DNA of 64,000 bases from Pseudomonadota bacterium (GTDB lineage Bacteria > Pseudomonadota > Gammaproteobacteria > Burkholderiales > Burkholderiaceae_D), in assembly GCA_040386255.1 (NCBI GenBank), contig JAZKFW010000084.1:7295-71294 (forward strand), given 5' to 3'. The notes beneath the pieces were generated by a model. That model was given only the letters and a program-made list of their open reading frames with translations. It was not told the origin of the DNA and did no database searches. Positions 18,338-29,105 of this stretch are shown here, piece after piece. Each line of letters begins with the position of its first letter. Position 1 is the first letter of the stretch. A program made the translations under genes and the position numbers.

Positions 18338-21093
18338 TCACGCGATCAGTTTCAGCCCTTGAGGCAGCGTCTCGCCGAACACGCGCCGTTCGGTCGCCTC
18401 GTCCAGTGCGACCACTTCTTCCACCATCTGGATCCAGATAGCTGGCGCATTCACCTGGCGCAGGCGCGCGGCGATGGTGTCGCGCAGCGCCTGCGGCAAA
18501 TCGCGCGCGCGATCGCCCGTCATGCGCGCCAGGTAGGCGGCGGCAAATGCGGCCGGCTCGAGCCGGCGCCAGTCGAGCGCGAGGACGGCGTCGAGCCAGG
18601 TGGCGACAACGTCAGCCGGCACCAGGTCGTCGAGGTTGCCGTAAAAAGGCTGGCGCGCGCCGATCCGGCCCAGCGCCCACAGCGTGAGCGCGTCGTTCGC
18701 CTTGCCGAGGCGCGCCAGCAGCCACTCGCCGATCTCCACCTTGTAGGCGGGCGGGATGCGTTCGAGCGAGGCGCCCAGGCGCAGCATGTCGTCGTCGCTG
18801 CCGCGCACCACCGCGCCATCGTCCACGCCGCCTTCGTTGACTTCCAGGTTGGCGGCGAAATCTTGAAGCAATCGCTGCTGCTGTTGCGCATCGAGGCCGC
18901 CGGCCACGCGCCGCCACAAGGTCCACCATTCGGCCTGCACCTGCTTGTCGGCGCCGTGTGCCACGCCGGCCTCGAACAAGGTCCACAGCTGCTGCAGCCG
19001 CCAATCGTCCAACGCGAAGCCGAAGCCGGGCCGCAGGCAGTATCCGGCGAGGTTGAGCCACAGCCGCTCGTGTTCTGGCGAGCGGCGCCGCGCCTTGGCG
19101 CGCAGCCACAGGGCATCGAACAGCTGACGCAGCAGCGGCGTGCTCCAGCCGGCACGATCGCCCAGCACCTGCTCGAGCTGCGCGCGCAGCTGCTTCACTT
19201 CCTTGGCCGGCACCTGCTGCGCCTTGGCGCCGAAGATCCGTTCGATCTGCGGCAGCGCCAGCGCCAGCCGCGCGGCAGCGCCATCGTCGTCGATGGCTTC
19301 GGCGGCTTCATCGTGCTGGCGCAGGTCGAACTCCAGCAGCCAGCGCTCGCTCGCATCGTCGACGCCGACGCAATGCATTTCCAGCGTACCCACCTCGGTC
19401 AGCGCGGTGGCCAGCTGCACCGGCACTTCGCGCCGCGTGGTAGTTGCGGACGCGCGCAGGACCATCGCGATCGGCGGCAGGCGCGCAAAGTCGCCGTCGT
19501 CGAGGTCGACCAGTTCGCCCAGCGCGAACGGCGCGCGGCCGGCGACCTCCGCGCTCGACGTGAACAAGTGGAAGCGCACCGGCTCGCCGACCCGCAACGC
19601 AAAGTTGTGCGCGTCGAGGCGCAGTTCCTGGCCCGCCTCGCTGCCGCGCGGCAGGATGCAGATGGCGCGGCGCGCGCCTTTCCTGGCCTCGCCGAGCAGC
19701 AGAAAATAGCTGCGCGCGGCGCCGCCACCGATCTTCGGCGTGCCGCCTTCGCCGGCCAGCGCGTACGCCACCGCGCCGCGTGCCACCGCGACGTCCGGGT
19801 CGTCGTTGTGCAGCACCCGCAGCGGGGCGCCGCGCCAGGCGCCCAGGGTCGCCTCGATGCGGCTTGCCAGTGCACTGGCGCGGAACACGCCGCCGTTAAG
19901 CAGCAGGGTGTCAGGCACTGTCTCGTTGTTGGCCTCGCGCACGGCATCGGCGTGGCGGCGCAGGAAGTCGGCAACGTGGCGCGTGATGGCCGCGTCGCGC
20001 GCATAAGGCAGGCCGAATTCGACGATGCCGGCGCGCCGTTGCAGCAGCGGCTCGGCGGCGTCCACGCGCGGGAAGAAGCCGTCGACGATCAGCGTTTCGA
20101 CTTCATCGCGCGTCAACGTGGCCGAGCGCGCGCCGCCGATCAGCCGCGCGCCGGCGCCGAGCAGCGTGACGTTGACATGGTCCGGCGCATCGGCGGCGAG
20201 CAGCTGCTCCTTGGCGGCGCGGCAGCGCTCTACCAGCTGCGACAGGCGGCTGGCCGACAGCCGCTCGGCGCCGCCGCCCAGGCGCGACTCGGCCAGGTGG
20301 GCCAGCGCGGTGTCCATGTTGTCCCCGCCCAGCATCAGGTGGTTGCCGACGCCGATGCGCGTGATGCTGGTCTGGCCGTCGCGCAGTTCGACCTTGATCA
20401 GGCTGAGGTCCGTGGTGCCGCCGCCGACGTCGCACACCAGCACCAGGCGCGTGTCGGCCAGCGCCTCAGCGAGCGAGGCGCGGTGGCGCCGCAGCCAGTC
20501 GTAGAACACCGCCTGCGGTTCTTCCAGCAGCCGCAGCGTCGGCAGGCCGGCGGAGCGGGCCGCCGCCAGCGTCAGCGCGCGCGCCGCTTCGTCGAACGAG
20601 GCGGGCACCGTCAGCACCAGGTCCTGCTGCTCCAGCGGGTCGTGCGGGAAGCGATGGTTCCAGGCCGATCGCAGGTGCGCGAGGTAGCTGGCGCTCGCTT
20701 CCACCGGCGACACCTTGGGCACGTCGGGCGCACCGCCCCATGGCAGGATCGGCGCAAGGCGGTCGACGCCGGAATGCGAGAGCCAGCTCTTGGCGCTGGC
20801 CACCAGGCGCCCTGGCACCTGCGCGCCGAGCTTGCGCGCCAGCGTGCCAACGACCACATGCTCCGGCGTCGCCCACGGCAGCTGCAGGTCGGCTTCGGCC
20901 AGCTCGCCGGCGCCGGCCTGGTAACGCACCGACGGCAGCAGCGGCAGCGCGGATACTTCGCCTGGCGCGACCAGCTGCTCGACTTCGAACAACGTCACCG
21001 GTCCCGCAGTCTTGCCTAGTTCGGAGTAGGCGAGCACGGTGTTGCTGGTGCCCAGATCGATGCCGACCGCGTACCTGGCCACGCGCGCCGCCA

Positions 21094-21094
<1 letters not shown>
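18338..21094 (-). CDS. Atypical long Hsp70-family ATPase (about 918 aa) with helical C-terminal extension
   Basis: Actin/Hsp70 nucleotide-binding motifs: AVGIDLGTSNTVLAY, CDVGGGTTDLSLI, LGGDNMD. About 300 aa of uncharacterised Leu/Ala/Trp-rich C-terminus. A GTG at 21094 overlaps the upstream TAG by 1 nt; the alternative GTG is at 21082. Confidence 0.8.
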
Positions 21095-22931
<1,837 letters not shown>

Positions 22932-22935
<4 letters not shown>

Positions 22936-23510
22936 AGTTCCACCTCGGCCTGGGCCAGCACGGTGGCGTCGTGGCCGCTCGCCAGCTGCGGCAGGCGCAC
23001 GTCGGTGGCGCGCCAGCCGCGGTGACTGAGGCTGCCCTTGAACGGCGCGCTGCCGACGACGTTGCCGGTGAGGCGGATGGCGCCGGCGTCGAAGCCGGCG
23101 TCGAGGCTGATGCGGCTGCCCTCGGCTTCGGCGCGCACCGGGGCGATGGTGAAATGCTCGCGCAGCACCTTGCGGCAGCCCTCGTGGACGATGCGCGCGG
23201 CCGCGCCGATGTCGGCGTCGGCGTAGCTGGCGAGGTCCTCTTCGGTGAAGTCGATCAGGCGCGCGTCGCGCTGGAACAGCGCCAGCAACTGCAGCGCCGC
23301 GTCGGGCGTGGCCTGGCGCAGCGGCGCCACGGGAGCGGCCGGCGCGACCGGCGCTGCGGCGGGCGCCGGCGCCTCGTCGCGGTGCAGGCGGCCCGCGCGC
23401 GCGGCGACGGCAGGGCTCGACAGGATGCTGAAAAAGGCGCCGAACGCCAGGGAAATACGTTGCATCAGCGACGGCTGCGGCGTCTGCTGCTCAGGTGTGG
23501 CGTTGTTCAT
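22932..23510 (-). CDS. DUF2760-like protein, first gene of the Hsp70-pair operon
   Basis: ATG 23510 lies 9 nt after AGGAGC. A hydrophobic LAFGAFFSIL segment, an Ala/Pro-rich linker, then ALQLLALFQRDARLIDFTEEDL...IVHEGCRKVL, which I recall as DUF2760. The start is uncertain (alternative 23540). Confidence 0.65.
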
Positions 23511-24102
23511 GTTGTTGTTGCTCCTGGATCGTTGGGGCATCCGCCCGCCTGCCCGCGCATGCGCTCGAGGTCTCGCGCCGCCGCCGGTTCAGAAGGGAAA
23601 TGCCAGTGCCGGCAGGGGCGCCGCCGCATGCGGCGCCACCCAAGAACGGCGTATCGTTAAATTGTATGCTGCGCCGCAGTATAAATCATCTGATATCGAA
23701 GCCGCATGCGGGCGACGAGTGGAGCTCGGAGCGCGGGCAGGTCCAGGAGGCGGCCAGTGGTGCGGGAACGAGGGAGTCGACCAGCACGAGCAGGGGCGGG
23801 GCGATGCGGATGCAGCGCAGGCGGCCGGCCACTATCGGTCCCAACAGCGCGAGCATCGCGGTCATCATAAAAATAAGTTCCATGCCATTCTCCTGTTCAG
23901 CAAGGACAAGGTAGGTCATTGCGGCAGAAGTATCCGTGCGGTACAGCGCATACCGTCAGGCGATTGCTGGACTCCGGCGAATCCGTGTCGCAACAGCAAC
24001 GTATGACGGATACCGAACATACCCGGCCCGGATCTATCGATAGCATGGGTCAGGTCAGGGTCGACGCCGCGAAATGACGCGCGCGCACTGACGGCAACCA
24101 GC

Positions 24103-24130
24103 TTGATCAATTCCAGCTGGAATTGATCAA
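24103..24130. promoter_or_regulatory. Perfect 28-bp palindrome (candidate operator) upstream of the MEDS kinase gene
   Basis: TTGATCAATTCCAG|CTGGAATTGATCAA is exactly self-complementary and ends 30 nt before ATG 24161. Confidence 0.4.
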
Positions 24131-24160
24131 TCGCTGCGGCGCAGTCCGGCCGCAAATAGG

Positions 24161-25951
24161 ATGTATATGGAAAATTCGGCCCGGCAGTCCGGCATTGCAG
24201 CAGTTGGCTCGGTCCCGTGGGGATCGCATTTCTGCCAGTTCTACAACGACGACAATGACCTCACCGAGACGCTGGTGCCGTATTTCGAAGCCGGATTGCG
24301 AAGCGGCGAAGCCTGCCTGTGGGTGACCGGACGCACGCTCGAAGCCCAGCGCGCCGAAGCGCTGATGACCGACGCGGTGCCCGAATTTAAAAAATATATC
24401 AGCTCGGGCCAGATGGAAATCGCCTCGATCTCGGACTGGTACAGCCCCGGCGACGTGTTCGACGCCGACGCCGTGCTGCAGGGCTGGATCGCCAAGGAAG
24501 CGGAATCGAAGCTGCGCGGCTTCGCCGGCCTGCGCCTGACCGGCGACACCATCTGGGTGGAGCGTTCGGGCTGGGCCAACTTCATGGAATACGAGCGCAA
24601 GATCAACACCTCGTTTCGGCGCTACAACCTGGTGGCGCTGTGCACCTATTGCATGGACCGCTGCAGCGCCTCGGATGTCATCGATGTCTGCTGCCAGCAT
24701 CAATTCGCGCTGGCGCGCCGCGAGGGCCACTGGGAGCTGCTGGAAAGCTCCTCGCTGAAGGTGGCGAAGGACGACCTGATGCGCCTGAACGGCGAACTCG
24801 AATCGCGCGTGGACGTCCGTACCGCCGAACTGAGTGCCGCGCTGCGCTCGCGCGACGAGTTCCTGGCGATGCTGGGCCACGAATTGCGCAATCCGCTGGC
24901 GCCGATCCGCACCGCCTCCGAGGTGATCCGCGCGCTGACCCCGGACGATTCGCCGATCGCCGCCAGTTCGCAGATCCTGTACCGCCAGGTCGGCCACCTG
25001 ACCCGCCTGGTCGACGACCTGCTCGACGTTGCCCGCGTCACGCAGGGACAGTTTCAGATGGAATTGCAGGATACCTCGCTGGCCGACATCATCGCGATGG
25101 CCGTCGAGCAGTCGCGTCCGATCATCGATGAACGCATGCATTCGCTGTCGGTCACGCTGCCGGCGCGCGCCGCGCGCGTGCGCGCCGATCCGACCCGGCT
25201 GGCGCAGGTATTCGGCAACCTGCTGCACAACGCCGCCAAATACACGCCCGATGGCGGCACGGTGGGCATTGCCGCCCGCATCGACGGCGCCGAGATGGTG
25301 GTCTCGGTCACCGATAGCGGCGCCGGCATTCCCGAAGCGATGCTGCTGCCGATCTTCGACCTGTTCACCCAGGTGCCGCGTTCGCTGGCGCGCGCCGACG
25401 GCGGCCTGGGCATCGGACTGACGCTGGCCAAGCGCATTATCGACATGCATGGCGGCACCATCGTGGCGCGCAGCGCGGGCCTGGACAAGGGTACCGAATT
25501 CACCGTTCGCCTGCCGCTCGTGAACACGGCGGCGCCGCGCGCCGTTGGCGCCGCCGCGGCGCTGGTGGTGGAGCCGGTCAAGTCGGCCTGCAACATCCTG
25601 CTCGTCGACGACAACGACGACGCCCGTCTGACCATGCTCACGCTGCTGGAAATTCACGGCCATGATGTGGCGTGCGCCCATGACGGCCGCAGCGCACTGG
25701 CGCTTGCTTCGACGGTCGAGCCGACCATCGTGATCCTCGATATCGGCTTGCCCGACATCGACGGCTACGAAGTGGCGCGCCAGCTGCGAGCGCGTCCCAA
25801 CGGCGACCAGCTCAAGCTGATTGCGTTGACGGGATACGGCCAGGCCAACGATCTGGCCGATGCGGCGGCGGCAGGCTTCGACACCCACATCCTGAAACCG
25901 GCGAACATCGAGGACGTGCTGGCCAAGATAGCCGGCTTCATGGCGCACTGA
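24161..25951 (+). CDS. Hybrid sensor histidine kinase/response regulator with N-terminal MEDS domain
   Basis: MEDS-like GSHFCQFYNDDNDLTETLVPYFEAGLRSGEACLWV. HisKA H-box LAMLGHELRNPLAP. HATPase N/G boxes (LLHNAAKYT, DSGAGIP, GGLGIGL). C-terminal REC domain (ILLVDDNDD...ILDIGLPDIDGYEV...LTGYG). Confidence 0.85.
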   Translation: MYMENSARQSGIAAVGSVPWGSHFCQFYNDDNDLTETLVPYFEAGLRSGEACLWVTGRTLEAQRAEALMTDAVPEFKKYISSGQMEIASISDWYSPGDVFDADAVLQGWIAKEAESKLRGFAGLRLTGDTIWVERSGWANFMEYERKINTSFRRYNLVALCTYCMDRCSASDVIDVCCQHQFALARREGHWELLESSSLKVAKDDLMRLNGELESRVDVRTAELSAALRSRDEFLAMLGHELRNPLAPIRTASEVIRALTPDDSPIAASSQILYRQVGHLTRLVDDLLDVARVTQGQFQMELQDTSLADIIAMAVEQSRPIIDERMHSLSVTLPARAARVRADPTRLAQVFGNLLHNAAKYTPDGGTVGIAARIDGAEMVVSVTDSGAGIPEAMLLPIFDLFTQVPRSLARADGGLGIGLTLAKRIIDMHGGTIVARSAGLDKGTEFTVRLPLVNTAAPRAVGAAAALVVEPVKSACNILLVDDNDDARLTMLTLLEIHGHDVACAHDGRSALALASTVEPTIVILDIGLPDIDGYEVARQLRARPNGDQLKLIALTGYGQANDLADAAAAGFDTHILKPANIEDVLAKIAGFMAH

Positions 25952-25959
25952 AACCGGCG

Positions 25960-27954
25960 TCAGGCGCCGTTGACCTGCAGCAGCTGGACCTTTCCTTCGG
26001 TCCAATTGATGCGCAGGCCGCGCGCCATTTCAACGGAGGTCGCCTTCACCGCGGCGAGCAGTCCGTAAGCCATGTTCCTGCCGTTCTGCTTGGCCAGGTA
26101 CAGCGCCTGGTCGGCCATCAGCACCACCTCTTCCCAGTTCATCTCGCGGTCGTTCAGGTCCAGCTTCAGCCTGCAGATGCCGACCGACACCGTCACGTTC
26201 ATCGTGACGCAGTCGACAACGATCGGCTTGGCCGACACCGCGGCGAGGATCCGCGCGGCGATACTTTCCGCTTCGCTGGCGTGGGCGGTTGGCAGGAGCG
26301 CCAGGAATTCCTCGCCGCCCCACCGGACCACGATGTCGTCGCTGCGAAACAGCGCCGACAGCCGCGCCGCCGTCGATTGCAGGACCTGGTCGCCGACAGC
26401 ATGGCCGTATGTATCATTGAGCCGCTTGAAGTGATCGATATCCATCAACAACACCAGCCCATGTCCCACCGGCGAGTGGAAATCGGCCAGGCTCGGCGAC
26501 GGCCCGGCGACGTAATTTTCGACATAGCGACGATTGAAAAGACCGGTCAGCGAATCGCGATTGCTCGAAATGTAGAGCTGCCGATTGCTCGCCTCGAGCA
26601 GGCGGGTGCTCACGCGCAGGCGCCAGTACAAGAACAGCATGCCGATCAATCCGGACCCCGAGAGCACCGCCGCAATCAGCCATACATTGCGCTGCGCGCG
26701 GTCGTTAATCGCTTCCAGGTCCTTCAATTCGCGCAGGCGCGCCAGCGAGGCGATCTGGCCTTGTGCCTTTTCTTCCGCTTTGGCCCGATGCACCGCTTCG
26801 TCCAGTTCGATCTGCTCGTGCAGCGCGCCTGCCTGGACTGCGGCATTGACCTCGCCGGCGTGGGTGAGGGCGGCGATGTAGCGCGGCAGGTAGACCAGCA
26901 ATTGCGTGCGCTTGAGCTTCGACTGGAACAGCCGCTCGACTTCCGCCTTTCCTTCGGCGGCGTTACCCAAGTGGATAGTCGCGATAGCGTGATTGAAATG
27001 CGCGCGGCTTGCGAGCTGCTCGTCGGCCAACACGGTTTCGAGGCTCAGGGCTTCTTCGGATAATGCGGCAGCTTCGGCGTGGCGATTGCTTTTGAGCTGA
27101 AGGTCGGAATACTCCACCAGCGTGCGGCCGAGGCTTTCATCGAGACGCAATTCGCGCATCAGCCGTATTCTTTCGGCCATCGCTTCGCTGGCGCGCGCGG
27201 TCAGCCCGGCGGCGGAGGCGACCGTGTATTCCATGTCTTTGGCGCGCACCAGGCGCTCGCGATATGGCGACTTCAGTCCGAGCGTCAGCAGCCGGTCCAC
27301 TGCCGTCAAAGCGAGCGGCATGTCGTTTGCGGTGATCGCCACGAATGCCTGAATGCGCGACGCCATGAACAGCAGCGCGTCGTCGCCGGTCGCGCCGGCC
27401 AGGCGCAAAGCCTCGTTGACGGTCCGCAAAGCCGATTGATGCCGGTGTTCTTCCGATTCCACTTGCGCCGTCGTCAGCAGCGACTTGATCCTGGCGGTGG
27501 CACTTATTTTAGCTGGCGAGAACCGCGCGGCACGGCGCGAGAACTGGTAGGCGGCTTCGATTTTGCCAATCGCCCAGTTGCCGTAAACCTGGGAAAGCAG
27601 GCCCAGGCACTCGGCACTTTCATCGTGCTGCTGCTTGCCCAGTGCTTCCAGCAACCTTGCGTCCTGGACGGCGCCGGCGGGATCGCCGGTGTAAAACTTG
27701 GCGCTGCTGAGCTGTTCGTAGACGAGGGCCTGGTGGCGCGGCGACAAGGGTGCGTGCGCGGCCTGGATCTTGGCGAGGGTGTAGAGGGCTTCGCGCGGCG
27801 CGACATACGCGCGTTCGGTGACGGCGGCGAGTTCGCCTTCCAACGCCGGCAGCGCCGCGGCGCACGCGGAGAGCAGCACTCCGGCCTGCGCAGCGGTTGC
27901 GACCAACAATTTGAACCACGCAACCCGCGGCATACAACCTCTAAAAAGACCCAC
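25960..27954 (-). CDS. Diguanylate cyclase (GGDEF) with TPR-like periplasmic sensor region
   Basis: Signal/TM segment, a repeated helical N-terminal region, a TM helix VWLIAAVLSGSGLIGMLFLYW, then DSLTGLFNRRY ... DIDHFKRLNDTYGH ... RWGGEEFLALL (GGEEF active site). Confidence 0.85.
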   Translation of the reverse strand: MGLFRGCMPRVAWFKLLVATAAQAGVLLSACAAALPALEGELAAVTERAYVAPREALYTLAKIQAAHAPLSPRHQALVYEQLSSAKFYTGDPAGAVQDARLLEALGKQQHDESAECLGLLSQVYGNWAIGKIEAAYQFSRRAARFSPAKISATARIKSLLTTAQVESEEHRHQSALRTVNEALRLAGATGDDALLFMASRIQAFVAITANDMPLALTAVDRLLTLGLKSPYRERLVRAKDMEYTVASAAGLTARASEAMAERIRLMRELRLDESLGRTLVEYSDLQLKSNRHAEAAALSEEALSLETVLADEQLASRAHFNHAIATIHLGNAAEGKAEVERLFQSKLKRTQLLVYLPRYIAALTHAGEVNAAVQAGALHEQIELDEAVHRAKAEEKAQGQIASLARLRELKDLEAINDRAQRNVWLIAAVLSGSGLIGMLFLYWRLRVSTRLLEASNRQLYISSNRDSLTGLFNRRYVENYVAGPSPSLADFHSPVGHGLVLLMDIDHFKRLNDTYGHAVGDQVLQSTAARLSALFRSDDIVVRWGGEEFLALLPTAHASEAESIAARILAAVSAKPIVVDCVTMNVTVSVGICRLKLDLNDREMNWEEVVLMADQALYLAKQNGRNMAYGLLAAVKATSVEMARGLRINWTEGKVQLLQVNGA

Positions 27955-28062
27955 TTATTTAACGATTATAGCCCACGAGCAACTTTTAAGTGGCTATTTC
28001 CCCCGTTCGTGGTCAATCCATTCGTCGATTTGCCACACAGTTTTCAAAGCGATAAGGTTGCC

Positions 28063-29058
28063 TCAATTCAGCTTGACGAGTTGCTTGCCGAAGTTCTTGC
28101 CCTTCAGAAGACCGATGAATGCGTCGGGCGCCGCGGCCAGGCCATGCGCGACCGTTTCCCGGTACTTGAGCTTGCCGCCGGCGACGAGTTCGGCCAGTTC
28201 TGCCAGGCCGGTCGGCCAGAATTCCAGGTGCTCGCTGACGATGAAGCCGCGAATCGACAGCCGGTTGGTCAGCACCGAATTAAAGTTATGCAGCGGCACA
28301 TCCTCGCCGTTGTAACCGGCGATGTAGCCGCAGACGGCGATCCGGCCGAATGCATTCATGCGCGCCAGCGACGCGTCCAGCACCGGACCGCCGACGTTTT
28401 CGAAGACCGCGTCGACGCCGTCCGGCGCGGCGGCGGCGAGGTCGGCCGACAGGTTGCCGGCCTTGTAATCGACACAGGCATCGAAGCCGAGTTCGTCGAC
28501 GACGTAGGCGCACTTTTCCTTGCCGCCGGCGATGCCGACCACGCGACAGCCCTTCAGCCTGGCCAGCTGGCCGACGACGCTGCCGACGGCGCCGCTGGCG
28601 GCCGACACGACCACGGTTTCACCGGGCTTGGGGTCCATGATCTGGTTCAGGCCGTACCAGGCGGTCATGCCGGGCATGCCGGCCACGCCGAGGTAGGCCG
28701 ACAGCGGCACCTGGCTGGTATCGACCTTGCGCAGCATGCTGCCATCGGACACGCCCATTTCCGCCCAGCCCGCCATGCCGACGACCTTGTCGCCGACGGC
28801 AAATTTCGGATTCTTCGACGCGATGACTTCGCCCGCGGTGCCGCCGATCATGGTCTGGTCCAGCGGCTGCGGCGCGGCATAGCTCTTGCCCGCGCTCATG
28901 CGGCCGCGCATGTACGGGTCGAGCGACAGGTAGTCGTTGCGCACCAGGACTTCACCCTCGGCGAGGTCCGGCAGGTCGACGGTTTCGAGGCGGAAGTTGT
29001 CGGCGCCGGCCTCGCCGGAAGGACGCGAGGCGAGGACGATGCGTTGGAAGGTGGTCAT
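28063..29058 (-). CDS. NADP-dependent alkenal/one oxidoreductase (medium-chain reductase, YncB/CurA-like)
   Basis: FRLETVDLPDLAEGEVLVRNDYLSLDPYMRGRM plus the Rossmann motif VVVSAASGAVGSVVGQLARLKGCRVVGIAGG. Confidence 0.85.
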   Translation of the reverse strand: MTTFQRIVLASRPSGEAGADNFRLETVDLPDLAEGEVLVRNDYLSLDPYMRGRMSAGKSYAAPQPLDQTMIGGTAGEVIASKNPKFAVGDKVVGMAGWAEMGVSDGSMLRKVDTSQVPLSAYLGVAGMPGMTAWYGLNQIMDPKPGETVVVSAASGAVGSVVGQLARLKGCRVVGIAGGKEKCAYVVDELGFDACVDYKAGNLSADLAAAAPDGVDAVFENVGGPVLDASLARMNAFGRIAVCGYIAGYNGEDVPLHNFNSVLTNRLSIRGFIVSEHLEFWPTGLAELAELVAGGKLKYRETVAHGLAAAPDAFIGLLKGKNFGKQLVKLN

Positions 29059-29105
29059 GCGGTTATCTCCTGTGGGAAAGCGTTGCTGACAGTATAGCGA
29101 CAGCG

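Noticed and set aside
18269-21019. 916-aa plus-strand ORF across the long Hsp70 gene, plus the N-terminal extension of the minus ORF up to 21436
   Set aside because: The sequence is low-complexity and Arg/Ala/Gln-rich. The minus-strand frame carries the Hsp70 motifs. The extension beyond 21094 overlaps the upstream Hsp70 gene and is Arg-rich with no similarity to anything.
23617-23637. GC hairpin GGCGCCGC-CGCAT-GCGGCGCC upstream of the DUF2760 gene
   Set aside because: No T-run follows on either strand, so it is not a terminator. It could be a 5'-UTR structure, but nothing supports a specific function.
23686-24155. Two small minus-strand ORFs (77 and 79 aa) in the 650-bp gap between the Hsp70 operon and the kinase gene
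   Set aside because: They have no RBS, no recognisable family and odd composition. One has a hydrophobic stretch (MELIFMMTAMLALLGPIV), so a tiny membrane peptide cannot be excluded, but the evidence is insufficient to call it.
24107-26005. 632-aa ORF antisense to the MEDS hybrid kinase
   Set aside because: It is a shadow ORF; the kinase motifs (H-box, N/G boxes, REC) are all on the plus strand.
27079-29097. 672-aa plus-strand ORF spanning the GGDEF and oxidoreductase genes
   Set aside because: It crosses an intergenic region and two well-supported minus-strand genes, and it has shadow-ORF composition.
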